Counted from the first letter of the stretch, positions 8,602 to 18,689 are shown. The stretch: DNA of 64,000 nt from a virus (IMGVR_UViG_3300028602_000006); one strand, 5' to 3'. Numbers and translations: made by a program. Notes: a model not told the origin generated them from the letters alone.

Positions 8602-9411
8602 TTGAAAGGAATAAATATGAAGATACATTTGTTGACGATTGATCCTCAGCGAGATTTCTGTAGTCCAAACGGCGCTCTTTTTGTTCAGGATGCAGATCAA
8701 GACATGATTCGTTTAGCGGCAATGGTTGACCGTTTGCGCAATAAAATTGATGATATCCACGTTACGCTGGATAGCCACAATGAAGTAGACATTGCTCACC
8801 CTATATTCTGGATTGATTCTAACGGAGCGCATCCTAATCCCTTTACTATTATTACAGAAGAGGATGTTGTCAAGGGTGTATGGACAACTACTAGGCCAAC
8901 ATGCCGCCAGCGAGCAGTTGATTATGTTAAAGCCTTAGCTTCCAACGGGCGCTACCCTCTTTGTATTTGGCCTCCTCACTGTATTATCGGTACAGAAGGA
9001 TGGACAATTCAGCAGCCTCTTGCTGACTCATTGTCAAATTGGTGCAAAGATCGCTTTAAGAAAGTAGATTATCAGGTTAAGGGTTCAAACGTATTTACTG
9101 AGCACTATAGCGTTTTCAGGGCAGATGTAATAGATCCGTCTGATCCATCAACGATGTTAAACACTGATCTCATTAAGGTTATTTCTGAAGCTGACGAAAT
9201 TTTGATCGCTGGCGAAGCAAGAAGCCATTGTGTCAATCATAGTTTTCGTGATCTTATCGGGGAACTTGGCAAGGAACACGCTCAGAAGTTCATTCTTCTT
9301 GAGGACGCTATGAGTGATGTAACGGGATTCGAAAATCTTGGAAAACAGTTTTTCGATGATATGATAGCTCTCGGCGTAAAATCAACCACAACTAAAGATT
9401 ATCTTGCATAA
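8602..9411 (+). CDS. Isochorismatase-family cysteine hydrolase (nicotinamidase PncA-like)
   Basis: N-terminal LLTIDPQRDFC (Asp of the D-K-C triad) and C-terminal GEARSHCVNHS (catalytic Cys context). Confidence 0.5.
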   Translation: MKGINMKIHLLTIDPQRDFCSPNGALFVQDADQDMIRLAAMVDRLRNKIDDIHVTLDSHNEVDIAHPIFWIDSNGAHPNPFTIITEEDVVKGVWTTTRPTCRQRAVDYVKALASNGRYPLCIWPPHCIIGTEGWTIQQPLADSLSNWCKDRFKKVDYQVKGSNVFTEHYSVFRADVIDPSDPSTMLNTDLIKVISEADEILIAGEARSHCVNHSFRDLIGELGKEHAQKFILLEDAMSDVTGFENLGKQFFDDMIALGVKSTTTKDYLA

Positions 9412-9447
9412 TAAGGATTTATCTTTAATTAACTAAAGGGGTAAAAT

Positions 9448-10221
9448 ATGCCTGATATTACAAATGAAACTACTGATATGACGAATCTACAGACGGCTTC
9501 CCGTTATGGATTCAGCGCTGTAGGACTTGATTCCTTGGGCGCTTCTGAATATACATTGGCTACCGTTGTTGTGGATGTCTCAGGATCAGTATCTGGATGG
9601 GTTAAACAACTAGAAGATTGTCTTAAGGCGATTCTTAAATCATGCCAAAGTTCACCTAGAGCAGATAACCTTCTACTGCGTTTAGTTTCTTTCGGAGATA
9701 ACGTCAACGAAGTTCATGGGTTTCGTCTTTTGGGCGACATTGATCCCAATGAATATGACAATTGTTTGACAATAAAAGGATGTACCGCTCTATTTGACGC
9801 AACGCACACTTCTGTTGAAGCTACAGCAGATTATGGCAAGTTGCTTATAGATCAGGGCGATATGACTGCGAATGCGGTTATCTATGTATTGACGGATGGA
9901 GGAGATAATGCCTCGAAGAATACTGCTTCTACTATTAAGAAATTATTGCAAAAAGTTAGATCGGATGAAAAACTGGAATCAATAGCAGTTATTCTAATTG
10001 GGGTGGGGTATGACGAAGATCATCTAAAGATATATCTTGATAAGTTCAAAAATACTGCCGAACTAGATCAGTTTGTCGATTTAACTGAATTGTTTAATAA
10101 TAGCTCGCCCGACAAGGCATTAGCTAAACTTGCAGGATATGTTAGTAAAAGTATATCGTCTACTTCACAGGCGCTTGCTAGCGGATCTTCTGCCGTATCA
10201 TCTTCATTATTGACATTTTAA
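9448..10221 (+). CDS. von Willebrand factor A (vWA) domain protein, TerY-like
   Basis: MIDAS motif VVVDVSGSVSG, downstream TDGGDN, about 250 aa. Confidence 0.6.
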   Translation: MPDITNETTDMTNLQTASRYGFSAVGLDSLGASEYTLATVVVDVSGSVSGWVKQLEDCLKAILKSCQSSPRADNLLLRLVSFGDNVNEVHGFRLLGDIDPNEYDNCLTIKGCTALFDATHTSVEATADYGKLLIDQGDMTANAVIYVLTDGGDNASKNTASTIKKLLQKVRSDEKLESIAVILIGVGYDEDHLKIYLDKFKNTAELDQFVDLTELFNNSSPDKALAKLAGYVSKSISSTSQALASGSSAVSSSLLTF

Positions 10222-10259
10222 GCGGAAACAAATTAAGTTTCTGACATGGTGAGGAGCTT

Positions 10260-10294
10260 GGGGTGGAGTAGTACTGAACTCTCCACCCCTTCTT
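10260..10294 (+). terminator. Hairpin terminator candidate
   Basis: GGGGTGGAG-loop-CTCCACCCC (9-bp stem) followed by TTCTT. Confidence 0.4.
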
Positions 10295-10310
10295 ACAATA
10301 GGAGCGAAAT

Positions 10311-10607
10311 ATGATTAAGTATAAAAACGGATTTGCAGGCCATATCGAAACATTAGAAATTGGCGATAGAATGTCTGTATTTTCTGGCCAAAGTTTTTAT
10401 CCTAATTGTTTGTTTATTAAAGTTACTTCGAAAGGGTTCAACATACTTAATGTCGATACGAATAGAGTGGTTCTGAAAAGGCATTTATATATGAGAGGAA
10501 TGGGTGGTAAACAATACCCTAAATATGGAGTCATTAAAGGAAATTTTGTTATTCCATCATGGTTATCTATACAGAAGAAATCACAAGAAAGAGAAATTGC
10601 GTCATAA
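10311..10607 (+). CDS. Hypothetical protein
   Basis: SD GGAGCGAAATATG. No recognised motif. Confidence 0.4.
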   Translation: MIKYKNGFAGHIETLEIGDRMSVFSGQSFYPNCLFIKVTSKGFNILNVDTNRVVLKRHLYMRGMGGKQYPKYGVIKGNFVIPSWLSIQKKSQEREIAS

Positions 10608-10618
10608 AGCGAGGAGTA

Positions 10619-11100
10619 ATATGAGTATATATAGCGATATCAAAAAGAGAATTTTAGAGTGTATGAAGTCTGGCGAAGCAGAAGAGCGAGACATTTTAAG
10701 GACGCTTATAGGAGAAATCCAATCTAAGATGTCTCGTGAAGGGAAAAACGAAGCCGATGATACGATGGTTGAAAAAACACTCATTTCTTTTAAAGAAAAC
10801 GCTTATCAAAGCACACTTGAAGGGATATCTGAAAAAATTGGCGCTGAGTCCTGTACCGATGCTTGGCTGGAATCTGACAAAAGAGCAAAGATAGAAATAG
10901 CGATCTATGAAAAGTTCTTGCCCAGTTATGAATCTGTAGAAAATATTATAGTTCTATTAGAAGAGTTCAGGGATAGAATTTTATCGGCAAAATCAGATGG
11001 CCCCGCTGTAGGCATGGCGATGGGATTTTTGAAGAGTGCGGGTAAGAAAGTACAGGGCAAGGACGTATCTGAGGCCGTTGCTATTATCAGGAAGGTTTAA
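10619..11100 (+). CDS. GatB/YqeY-domain protein
   Basis: Start placed at the ATG with SD GAGGAG. IKKRILECMKSGEAEERDILRTLIGEIQ and YEKFLPSYESVENI...GPAVGMAMGFLKSAGKKVQGKDVS match the YqeY pattern. Confidence 0.5.
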
Positions 11101-11309
11101 AAAATGAAAATTAAATCTAAAAAACAAAAATATGATTCGGGGAGCGGGTCATTGTTTTTTATGTTCTATGGGTCATCCGAAGATGAGGATAAGTGGGGGA
11201 AGCTTCTTACTGTCAAGTTCGGATTCAGGAAAATAAAGAGTAATATCTTTGTTAAGCCCTAATAATTCACGGAAGATATTTAGTATTGGCGCATAAATAG
11301 GCAATAAAT

Positions 11310-12185
11310 ATGAATACAGATAGCTATTTTGAAATAGGTAACTCTCATGAAGTTTGCCAAGATTTTGCAATTTCCGGCAATATTAATGAGAATATAAGTT
11401 TTGCCATTGTAACGGACGGATGCACGACGTCTCATAATCAGTGCGCCCAAGTAGATACAGGGGCCAGAATTTTAGCCTATTCCGCAAGAGAAGCCTTAAA
11501 AAAGATTTGGGCAGATAAGGATTCAACAATATTCGAAAACACGACTCAAGAAATGGTTAGTGAATTTTTACGGAACCAATCAATTGTTACAACTAGATTG
11601 ATTGAACGTCAACTTGGTCTAGATCCATTATGTGCCGACTGTACGCTTGTTGTGGCTGTTGCAGATAAATTCGGGAATGCTCATTCTTTTGTATACGGTG
11701 ACGGATCTGTTTTTGTACAATTAAAGGATGGGTCGCAACATATGATGGATGTGACATTTTTGAGTGGAGCGCCTCTTTATTTGTCCTATCAAACAGATGA
11801 ACCCAGAAAAATTGCATATATGGGTGTTTATGGTAATCTTCCAGTCCTTATTGATCGTTATATTTTGGACGGAGGAGAAATAGAAACAAAAAACTCTAAC
11901 CAGATTTTAGCATATGATTATGGTTTATATGGAGCTTGCAATTCTCAATGGAAGGACGTTGATTTTATATCTGTAACATCCGATGGCGCTAAAAGTTTCT
12001 TGAAAAATGAGGGAAATGAAACAAACACAGTCCCTCATATTAAAATAATGAACGAATTCAATGCTATCAAAAACAGAAATGGAGTTTTCATTCAAAGAAG
12101 AATGAAGACGATGGGGAAGTCTAATAAGAAATTAAATATCTCTCATTACGATGATATTTCTATATCTGCCATTTTAGTTGGATAA
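11310..12185 (+). CDS. PP2C-family Ser/Thr phosphatase-like protein
   Basis: FAIVTDGCTTSH resembles the PP2C metal-binding xxDGHGG motif. GDGSVF lies downstream. Placed between the vWA and kinase genes. Confidence 0.45.
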   Translation: MNTDSYFEIGNSHEVCQDFAISGNINENISFAIVTDGCTTSHNQCAQVDTGARILAYSAREALKKIWADKDSTIFENTTQEMVSEFLRNQSIVTTRLIERQLGLDPLCADCTLVVAVADKFGNAHSFVYGDGSVFVQLKDGSQHMMDVTFLSGAPLYLSYQTDEPRKIAYMGVYGNLPVLIDRYILDGGEIETKNSNQILAYDYGLYGACNSQWKDVDFISVTSDGAKSFLKNEGNETNTVPHIKIMNEFNAIKNRNGVFIQRRMKTMGKSNKKLNISHYDDISISAILVG

Positions 12186-12188
12186 ATC

Positions 12189-13877
12189 ATGCCAAAAATC
12201 GCATATAATATTGAGGGAATTGGAAATGTTGTCGTAACAGACAATAATTACCTTGGGGCTGGCGGCGAGGCGAATGTCTATGCGAAGAATGATCTTGCAA
12301 TAAAGATATATCACGATCCCTCTCGGATGATACCCATTCAAAAGATAGAAGAATTGCGGGAGATTAAAGACAAACGAGTCCTCGTACCAAAGCATATTGT
12401 TTATAAATCAGGAAGCTCCCCTGTAGGGTATGCAACTCCTTTCAAACCTGATACGCATCCTTTATGTAAACTCTTCACAAAGACATTTAAAGTTAAAAGT
12501 GGGATTAGCGATGACATGATAAATAATCTCGTTGTTGAAATGCAGCAAACTATTAAGAACATACATAAGGCAAATTGCTTAGTAGTTGACTTGAATGAAA
12601 TGAACGAGCTGGTTTCTCCTAAATTCGATAACATATATTTTATTGATGTCGATAGCTATGAAACCCCATCATTCAGGGCTACGGCGATAATGGAAAGCGT
12701 CAGAGATAGGCAGATTAGAAAACAGCGATGGAATGAAGGAAGCGATTGGTATTCATTTGCCATTTTATCGTTTCAGATGTGGATTGGCATACATCCTTAT
12801 AAAGGCAAACATCCCGATTATAAACCCGCTGAGTGGACAAATCGCATGGATGAAGGCGTATCTGTATTCGATCCTAAAGTTATTTTACCTAGAACTTGCT
12901 CGGATTTGTCTGTTATACCCAAAAGTCATATAGAATGGTTGCGAGATATTTTTGTCAATGGAGCTAGATGCTCTCCGCCTGATATGTCAGACAATTTACT
13001 TATAGTTGTCCCAAATTCATTTAAATTTATTACGGCTAGTAAATCTTTTGAAACAAAACTTATAGAAACTTGTTCTGAGCTAATTAATCGAGTCTTTAAC
13101 TTTATTGGGGTTAACTATTTAATAGGCAAAACTAATATACACAGGGGCAGGGCAATCGTACCTGTTAATATTGATGGGGCAGATGAAGTGTTAATGTGCG
13201 AATCGGAGGGAGTTGACCCTATAATTTGTATTCAAAAAAACGGGATAGCCAGATTTTATTGCGAGAAAGGTCAAGAGTTTGGTTCAATATCTGCAAATTC
13301 CATGATGGCTAGAAACGGCTGTATTTATACAATATATGACGGACGTTTAATGGAAAACACATTTAGCCGCATGGGGAATAAGCTTATACATTCCTGTAGG
13401 CAATCCGCTTCTGTAATGGACTTATCGACGCAAATGTTTAATGGGGTTATAATTCAAGATATATTAAACAAGAAGTATGTTACGTTACCCTATGCGAAAG
13501 GTCTCTGCGCTCATCTTCCAGTAAAAGAACTTGATGGTTATCGCATTCTAGGCGCAAAATCCGAGCGAAATGTTTGTGCTATTATGGCTGAAAAAAGTGG
13601 TAAATATTATCGCTTTGTATTATCGTTTGGCGCAACATATTCTAATTATACTGTTAGAGTTGTTGCGGATGTTCCCTATGCCGACATCAATTTAACAGTA
13701 ATGCCCAATGGAGTCGCAGTTCTTGCCTTAGAAGATTCTGTAGAAATATTTAAAGATGAAGGTGTTAAGATAATTGACAATCCCCCATTCGACGCTACAA
13801 AAAGAATATTTAATATCTCCGGGGTTATACATTATATTGATGGGAAAGAATTATATACTGCAAAAATGAAGAGTTGA
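12189..13877 (+). CDS. Ser/Thr protein kinase-like protein with large C-terminal extension
   Basis: Gly loop GAGGEANVY, AIK lysine, catalytic-loop-like HKANCLVVDLNEMN, DFG-like IDVDSYE. Confidence 0.55.
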   Translation: MPKIAYNIEGIGNVVVTDNNYLGAGGEANVYAKNDLAIKIYHDPSRMIPIQKIEELREIKDKRVLVPKHIVYKSGSSPVGYATPFKPDTHPLCKLFTKTFKVKSGISDDMINNLVVEMQQTIKNIHKANCLVVDLNEMNELVSPKFDNIYFIDVDSYETPSFRATAIMESVRDRQIRKQRWNEGSDWYSFAILSFQMWIGIHPYKGKHPDYKPAEWTNRMDEGVSVFDPKVILPRTCSDLSVIPKSHIEWLRDIFVNGARCSPPDMSDNLLIVVPNSFKFITASKSFETKLIETCSELINRVFNFIGVNYLIGKTNIHRGRAIVPVNIDGADEVLMCESEGVDPIICIQKNGIARFYCEKGQEFGSISANSMMARNGCIYTIYDGRLMENTFSRMGNKLIHSCRQSASVMDLSTQMFNGVIIQDILNKKYVTLPYAKGLCAHLPVKELDGYRILGAKSERNVCAIMAEKSGKYYRFVLSFGATYSNYTVRVVADVPYADINLTVMPNGVAVLALEDSVEIFKDEGVKIIDNPPFDATKRIFNISGVIHYIDGKELYTAKMKS

Positions 13878-13909
13878 AAATTACATAAAATAAGGGAGCA
13901 GTTAGAAAA

Positions 13910-15109
13910 ATGAACAACGAGAATAAATCCGGTTTAACCTTATTCACTGTTATGATAATGCTGGCGTTTTTATCTATAGTGGGGGTATATGCATACAACG
14001 CTATGAGGACGGACATCTATATTTCTAACAATTATAGAGAAGGAGTTGAAGCTTTTTGTCAGGCCGATGCGGGTATTTTTTATGTTAGGGGATTAATAGA
14101 GCAACAGCTTAAAGAGGATACTCTTATATTTGTGGATGGGGATAACTCAGTTTTTTATGAGCCTCCCGAAGGATTTACATTCTTGCCTATCACTAATATA
14201 CATAAGATATCTGAGGGTATATATTGCTATGAATGTACAGGAAAGAAGAATAATTCTAGCGCTACGGTTAAGGTGGTTGTGGCCAGAAAACCTCTCCTTA
14301 TGGCAGGGCTGTTGGGGGATTTAAGATTAAACATACAACCTTTGGTGAATATTTATAGCTATGATTCCATAAGTACATTTAATCCTATTCCTTCAGACAG
14401 TTCATCAGAAGCAACCATCGGTTCAAATTTTTTAATAGAAATATCTCCCGGAGTATTTATCGACGGAGAGATAGAGATTGGACAGTCACCTGATGGGATA
14501 CCTGCTGTAATTGTGGGGGATTTAGCAGCTCCAATAGTTGATTTTGGAAGATTTGAAGAAGATCCGCTCGGCGCTATTGGAGGAGAAATTGAATCACAAT
14601 TTATCGAATATATGCAACCTGTTAATAATAACAATTTATTGGTAGATCCTCCTCAGGCAGTAGTCGGTACGGAACTATTTATGAAGAAAAATACTGCAAC
14701 TCAATTTGTTACACTAGAGGCGGGAAATTATTATCTCACTGATATTCAAATCGGTCCAGACTGTGTATTAACAATTGATGACTCAAACGGTCCCGTTAAC
14801 ATTTATCTGGACGGAGAAATGTATGCAGGCCCAGGTAGCGACATAAATAGCCCATCGCCATTGTCTTTCAGTATTTTTTCTAGGGCAGAAGATCCTATTT
14901 TAGTGCAACCAAACGGGAGTTTTGACGGGTTTATATATGCGCCATTTTCAGAAGTTACTATGAAACCGGGGAATGATGGTCATGGTGTTGTATGGGGAGA
15001 TAAAGTATATTTGTATCCTCAGGGCGATTGGTATATTGATATAAATCTTTTAAAGAGATTTTTGTCGAAAGAATTATATTTTATGAGCTGGAAAGAAATT
15101 AGAAACTGA
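13910..15109 (+). CDS. PilX-like (type IV pilus minor pilin/assembly) N-terminal domain protein
   Basis: GLTLFTVMIMLAFLSIVGVYAYNAMRTDIYISNNYREGVEAFCQADAGIFY resembles the PilX_N pattern (hydrophobic helix ... AfqAAEAGl). Confidence 0.35.
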   Translation: MNNENKSGLTLFTVMIMLAFLSIVGVYAYNAMRTDIYISNNYREGVEAFCQADAGIFYVRGLIEQQLKEDTLIFVDGDNSVFYEPPEGFTFLPITNIHKISEGIYCYECTGKKNNSSATVKVVVARKPLLMAGLLGDLRLNIQPLVNIYSYDSISTFNPIPSDSSSEATIGSNFLIEISPGVFIDGEIEIGQSPDGIPAVIVGDLAAPIVDFGRFEEDPLGAIGGEIESQFIEYMQPVNNNNLLVDPPQAVVGTELFMKKNTATQFVTLEAGNYYLTDIQIGPDCVLTIDDSNGPVNIYLDGEMYAGPGSDINSPSPLSFSIFSRAEDPILVQPNGSFDGFIYAPFSEVTMKPGNDGHGVVWGDKVYLYPQGDWYIDINLLKRFLSKELYFMSWKEIRN

Positions 15110-15119
15110 TTATTATATC

Positions 15120-15147
15120 TTGACTTAAAGCCCATATATGATATAGT
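15120..15147 (+). promoter_or_regulatory. Promoter (TTGACT ... TATGAT / TATAGT)
   Basis: TTGACT at 15120, N11, TATGAT at 15137-15142, then TATAGT. Lies about 40 nt upstream of nadE. Confidence 0.45.
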
Positions 15148-15186
15148 AACTAGAAAATTATGATTGTATCGATAAGGATTTGAATT

Positions 15187-17250
15187 ATGTCAATTGAACA
15201 AAAAATAAGTATATGTTTCGGGCAAATTGAGGTCGCTCCCGGTCTCCCTAGGGTCAACACTGAAAAAATGTTGAAGTATATCAAAGAAGCTAAAGCTGAA
15301 GCATCGGATCTATTGATATTCCCAGAATTATGCATTCCGGGATACCTTCTTGGAGATATGTGGGAACGTCCTGATTTTCTAGAAGATTGTGAAGAATGCG
15401 GTAAGAAAATAATTGAAGCTTCTCAAGGAATAACTATAGCCTTCGGGAATGTCAAAACAGATCCTAAAAATAAAAACGAAGACGGCAGAATCCGTAAATA
15501 TAATTGCTGTTTTATAGCATCAAACGGGCAATTGGTCACAACTGTCACAAAAACTTTACAGCCAAACTACAGGGAATTTGATGATAATCGCCACTTTTAT
15601 GACAAGCGTAAGCAATTGACTGATTCATATCTTTCAGAGCCAAGTACAAAGGTTTCATTTTCTGAATTCATTGATAAGGCCTATGAGCCATCCTTAACAA
15701 TAAATGGAATTAAGATTGGATTCTTACTCTGTGAAGACGCTTGGGATACAGATTATTCATTCTCTCCTATAGATGTACTCGCACCCAAATGCGATCTGAT
15801 AGTCAATATGAGTTGTTCTCCGTTTACCATGGGGAAGAACCAAAAAAGGAACAGGCTTTTCTCTCAAAGAGCTAAAAATAATAATGTTATGATTGCCTAT
15901 ATAAATAATGTGGGCATTCAAAATAACGGGAAAACAATTTATACTTTCGATGGGAATAGTTGTCTTTATGATATTAATGGTGCGCAGTTTGACCTTTCTG
16001 CTCCTTTTGAAGAAAGCCTTGAAGTTTTAAGCTTGGATTTAGATGCTCGTACAGGATCATATGAAGAGAGCGCCATTGGTTCGTCAAGCGATGATATTGA
16101 AGATTTGTATTCATCAATTTGTTATGGAATCGAAAAATTTCTTCAGCAGATAGGAGTTAATAAAGTAGTAATTGGTGTATCCGGCGGGATTGATTCGGCT
16201 GTTGTTGCGGCGTTGTTTTCTGAAATTCTTCCTCCGGAAAATATTTATCTTATTAACATGCCTAGCTCTTTTAATTCTCAAACCACAAAAGACTTGGCAA
16301 AAGACTTGGCTAAAAATCTGGGATGTAAATATAGTATAATTCCTATTGGATGTAGTATTGATCACACTAGAGAACAATTATTAAAAGAAGGATTTGATGT
16401 TAGTAAATTCGTTTTCGAGAACATTCAGGCAAGAGATCGTTCTTCCAGAATTCTTGCGGCCATTGCTTCTTCAGTAGGCGGGGTTTTCACTTGCAACGCC
16501 AATAAGTCTGAGGCAACCGTAGGGTATACGACTCTCTATGGGGATTTGTCCGGATTTTTGTGCCCATTAGCTGACGTATGGAAGACAGACGTGTACAAGC
16601 TTGCTGAGTATATAAATGATAGTAGTGATGAGATGATCATTCCCTATGGCATACTCGCAGTTAAGCCTTCGGCAGAATTAAACAACGATCAAAATGTCGA
16701 TGAGGGGAAGGGAGACCCTATTATTTACCCCTATCATGATTTGCTATTTAGAAGTTGGGTAGAAAAGTGGGAGAGGGCAACCCCCGCTGACATTCTACAA
16801 TGGGTCATAGATGATGATTTAGAAGGGAAATTAGGCTTTGAGGATGGGGATATAGTTGCCAAGTATTTTGGAGGAGATAAAAGAGCTTTTGTTGCCGACT
16901 TGGAAAGATGGTGGAATCTATATGACGGATTTGCTTATGCGAAAAGAATTCAGGCTCCTCCTGTTCTTGCGATCAGCCGCAGAAGTTACGGATTCGATCA
17001 CAGAGAAAGTTTAACCGCTCCATTTTATAGCCAAAAATATTACAAACTTCGTATGCAATATTTGGGAGAAGATTTGTCCATGAAAGAGGTTTATGACAAT
17101 TTAAAAACTATAAAAGAGAATGTCATTTTTGTTATGGCGAAAGAAGCTGGATTAGATATGGGAAAGTTTACAACCAAGGATTTAGCTCTTAAGGGATTCA
17201 TGTCCAAGATCTATGATTTATCCGATGAAGATATGGTTCATTGGGAGTGA
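15187..17250 (+). CDS. nadE: Glutamine-dependent NAD+ synthetase (nitrilase/CN-hydrolase domain + NAD synthase PP-loop domain)
   Basis: N-domain FPELCIPGY (Glu) and LLCEDAWD (Cys). C-domain PP-loop VIGVSGGIDSAVVAAL. 687 aa, typical of the fused form. Confidence 0.8.
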   Translation: MSIEQKISICFGQIEVAPGLPRVNTEKMLKYIKEAKAEASDLLIFPELCIPGYLLGDMWERPDFLEDCEECGKKIIEASQGITIAFGNVKTDPKNKNEDGRIRKYNCCFIASNGQLVTTVTKTLQPNYREFDDNRHFYDKRKQLTDSYLSEPSTKVSFSEFIDKAYEPSLTINGIKIGFLLCEDAWDTDYSFSPIDVLAPKCDLIVNMSCSPFTMGKNQKRNRLFSQRAKNNNVMIAYINNVGIQNNGKTIYTFDGNSCLYDINGAQFDLSAPFEESLEVLSLDLDARTGSYEESAIGSSSDDIEDLYSSICYGIEKFLQQIGVNKVVIGVSGGIDSAVVAALFSEILPPENIYLINMPSSFNSQTTKDLAKDLAKNLGCKYSIIPIGCSIDHTREQLLKEGFDVSKFVFENIQARDRSSRILAAIASSVGGVFTCNANKSEATVGYTTLYGDLSGFLCPLADVWKTDVYKLAEYINDSSDEMIIPYGILAVKPSAELNNDQNVDEGKGDPIIYPYHDLLFRSWVEKWERATPADILQWVIDDDLEGKLGFEDGDIVAKYFGGDKRAFVADLERWWNLYDGFAYAKRIQAPPVLAISRRSYGFDHRESLTAPFYSQKYYKLRMQYLGEDLSMKEVYDNLKTIKENVIFVMAKEAGLDMGKFTTKDLALKGFMSKIYDLSDEDMVHWE

Positions 17251-17456
17251 AATAGTGAAAGAAGAAAAAGAACATTTTCAGAAAAAGAAAGTAAACAAAC
17301 TCAACATCCAAGAGGCGAGAGATATGATGGATCTATTGAGGAAATGTGATCAAACTTTAAGCAAGAAATTCAGGCATGTCAGGGAAAGAGTAGAATACCT
17401 AGAAAAATCTAATACTTAGTAGAGGGAAAAGGGCGATCTTGCTTGAATAAAAATAC

Positions 17457-17939
17457 ATGAGCAAGATCATAAAAACTCAAATAGATGGAGTCCCCGTAGA
17501 ACTGGAAATCAGAAATGTCGGTCCTGCCTCCATTGACGAAATTCAACGCTTAAGCGAGAATTTGGCAAAAGAATCAAGCGTCCGTAATCCGTCCTCAACA
17601 GAAGTTAGAGTAATTAGAGTAGGGGATGAAAATAGGCCAGCTACGCCGGAAGAAGTTGAGAAAATTGAAGGCCAAATTAAAGATACTCCTGTTGAATTAG
17701 TGGGAGACCTTATTGAAAGCTTAAGTAACGTATCTGAAGGTAAAGAGTGGTGGCAGTCGAAGATAGTTTGGACAAATATTGCGGCCATAGTTACAGCGAT
17801 TACAGCACTATTTGGATTGCCCATTCAAATCAACCCTGAGATAGCAATGGTGCTTTTCCCTGTTATACTCGGTTTGGTAAATGTTTTTCTTAGGGGTAAG
17901 ACGGATAAGGCGATCAAGCCAATTTTTAAGAAAAATTAA
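17457..17939 (+). CDS. Hypothetical protein with C-terminal transmembrane anchor
   Basis: Hydrophobic stretch WTNIAAIVTAITALFGL...VLFPVILGLVNVF at the C-terminus. Confidence 0.4.
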   Translation: MSKIIKTQIDGVPVELEIRNVGPASIDEIQRLSENLAKESSVRNPSSTEVRVIRVGDENRPATPEEVEKIEGQIKDTPVELVGDLIESLSNVSEGKEWWQSKIVWTNIAAIVTAITALFGLPIQINPEIAMVLFPVILGLVNVFLRGKTDKAIKPIFKKN

Positions 17940-18020
17940 TTTCTTTTATTCTCCATCTTATGTATAATAATTTTGTCGATTCATTGATGGAATTTAGTTA
18001 TAAATCAAAGGAGAAAAAAT

Positions 18021-18206
18021 ATGAGAGAAATTTTTGGATTATTACTTATTTTAGCGGTTATACTTGTTATAATTTTTGGTCCTTTCATAACTATATGGAG
18101 TCTCAATACATTATTCCCATCCCTAGCAATAGCATATACCTTTAATACATGGGTCGCATCTCTTCTGCTATTCGGAGGCGGACTAATAGTATTCATTAAA
18201 CGCTAA
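18021..18206 (+). CDS. Small two-TM membrane protein (holin-like topology)
   Basis: 61 aa with two hydrophobic helices and a basic C-terminus (FIKR). SD GGAGAAAAAATATG. Confidence 0.35.
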   Translation: MREIFGLLLILAVILVIIFGPFITIWSLNTLFPSLAIAYTFNTWVASLLLFGGGLIVFIKR

Positions 18207-18227
18207 CGCTCAAATAATTATATTAGA

Positions 18228-18261
18228 AAAAAACGGTAGATATTTTTCTACCGTTTTTTCT
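18228..18261. terminator. Bidirectional rho-independent terminator
   Basis: AAAAAACGGTAGA-TATTTT-TCTACCGTTTTTTC. Perfect 7-bp stem flanked by an A-run and a T-run. Confidence 0.7.
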
Positions 18262-18323
18262 TGTTTTTGCGGGAATATGTAGTAGAATATTTAGCAGATG
18301 ATTAATAACCATAGGAGAAAAAA

Positions 18324-18689
18324 ATGACAGAAGAAAATAAGTCTAATTTTACATTAGGAACAGATGAAGAAATGGAAGTAGTAACTCCGGAGGCACAGGT
18401 TATATCCGAAGTTAAGAGCTATACAGACAATGAGGGACGCTCAATAACAGGTTTGTATCCTCTTGACGGATCGGTGGCGACATTTATAGGCGGATTTGTC
18501 GTTCAATCTAATATGGGTCCAATTCGTATGAGGATTGATTTCCCAGAAGGATTGAAGCTTGAAGAATGCTTCGACCAATTTGACTTTTTGGCGCAGGAAA
18601 CAATGCAAAAAGCGCAGGAAGAGGCAGAGAATAGAAGCCGTATTATCACACCCGATCAGGCCAGAAAATCCGGCATAATTGTTCCATAA
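18324..18689 (+). CDS. Hypothetical protein
   Basis: SD AGGAGAAAAAAATG. No motif. Confidence 0.4.
   Translation: MTEENKSNFTLGTDEEMEVVTPEAQVISEVKSYTDNEGRSITGLYPLDGSVATFIGGFVVQSNMGPIRMRIDFPEGLKLEECFDQFDFLAQETMQKAQEEAENRSRIITPDQARKSGIIVP

Noticed and set aside
10504-10618. N-terminal extension of the YqeY-domain ORF overlapping 10311-10607.
   Set aside because: An internal ATG at 10619 has a strong GAGGAG SD and begins the conserved domain. The upstream extension overlaps the preceding gene in another frame.
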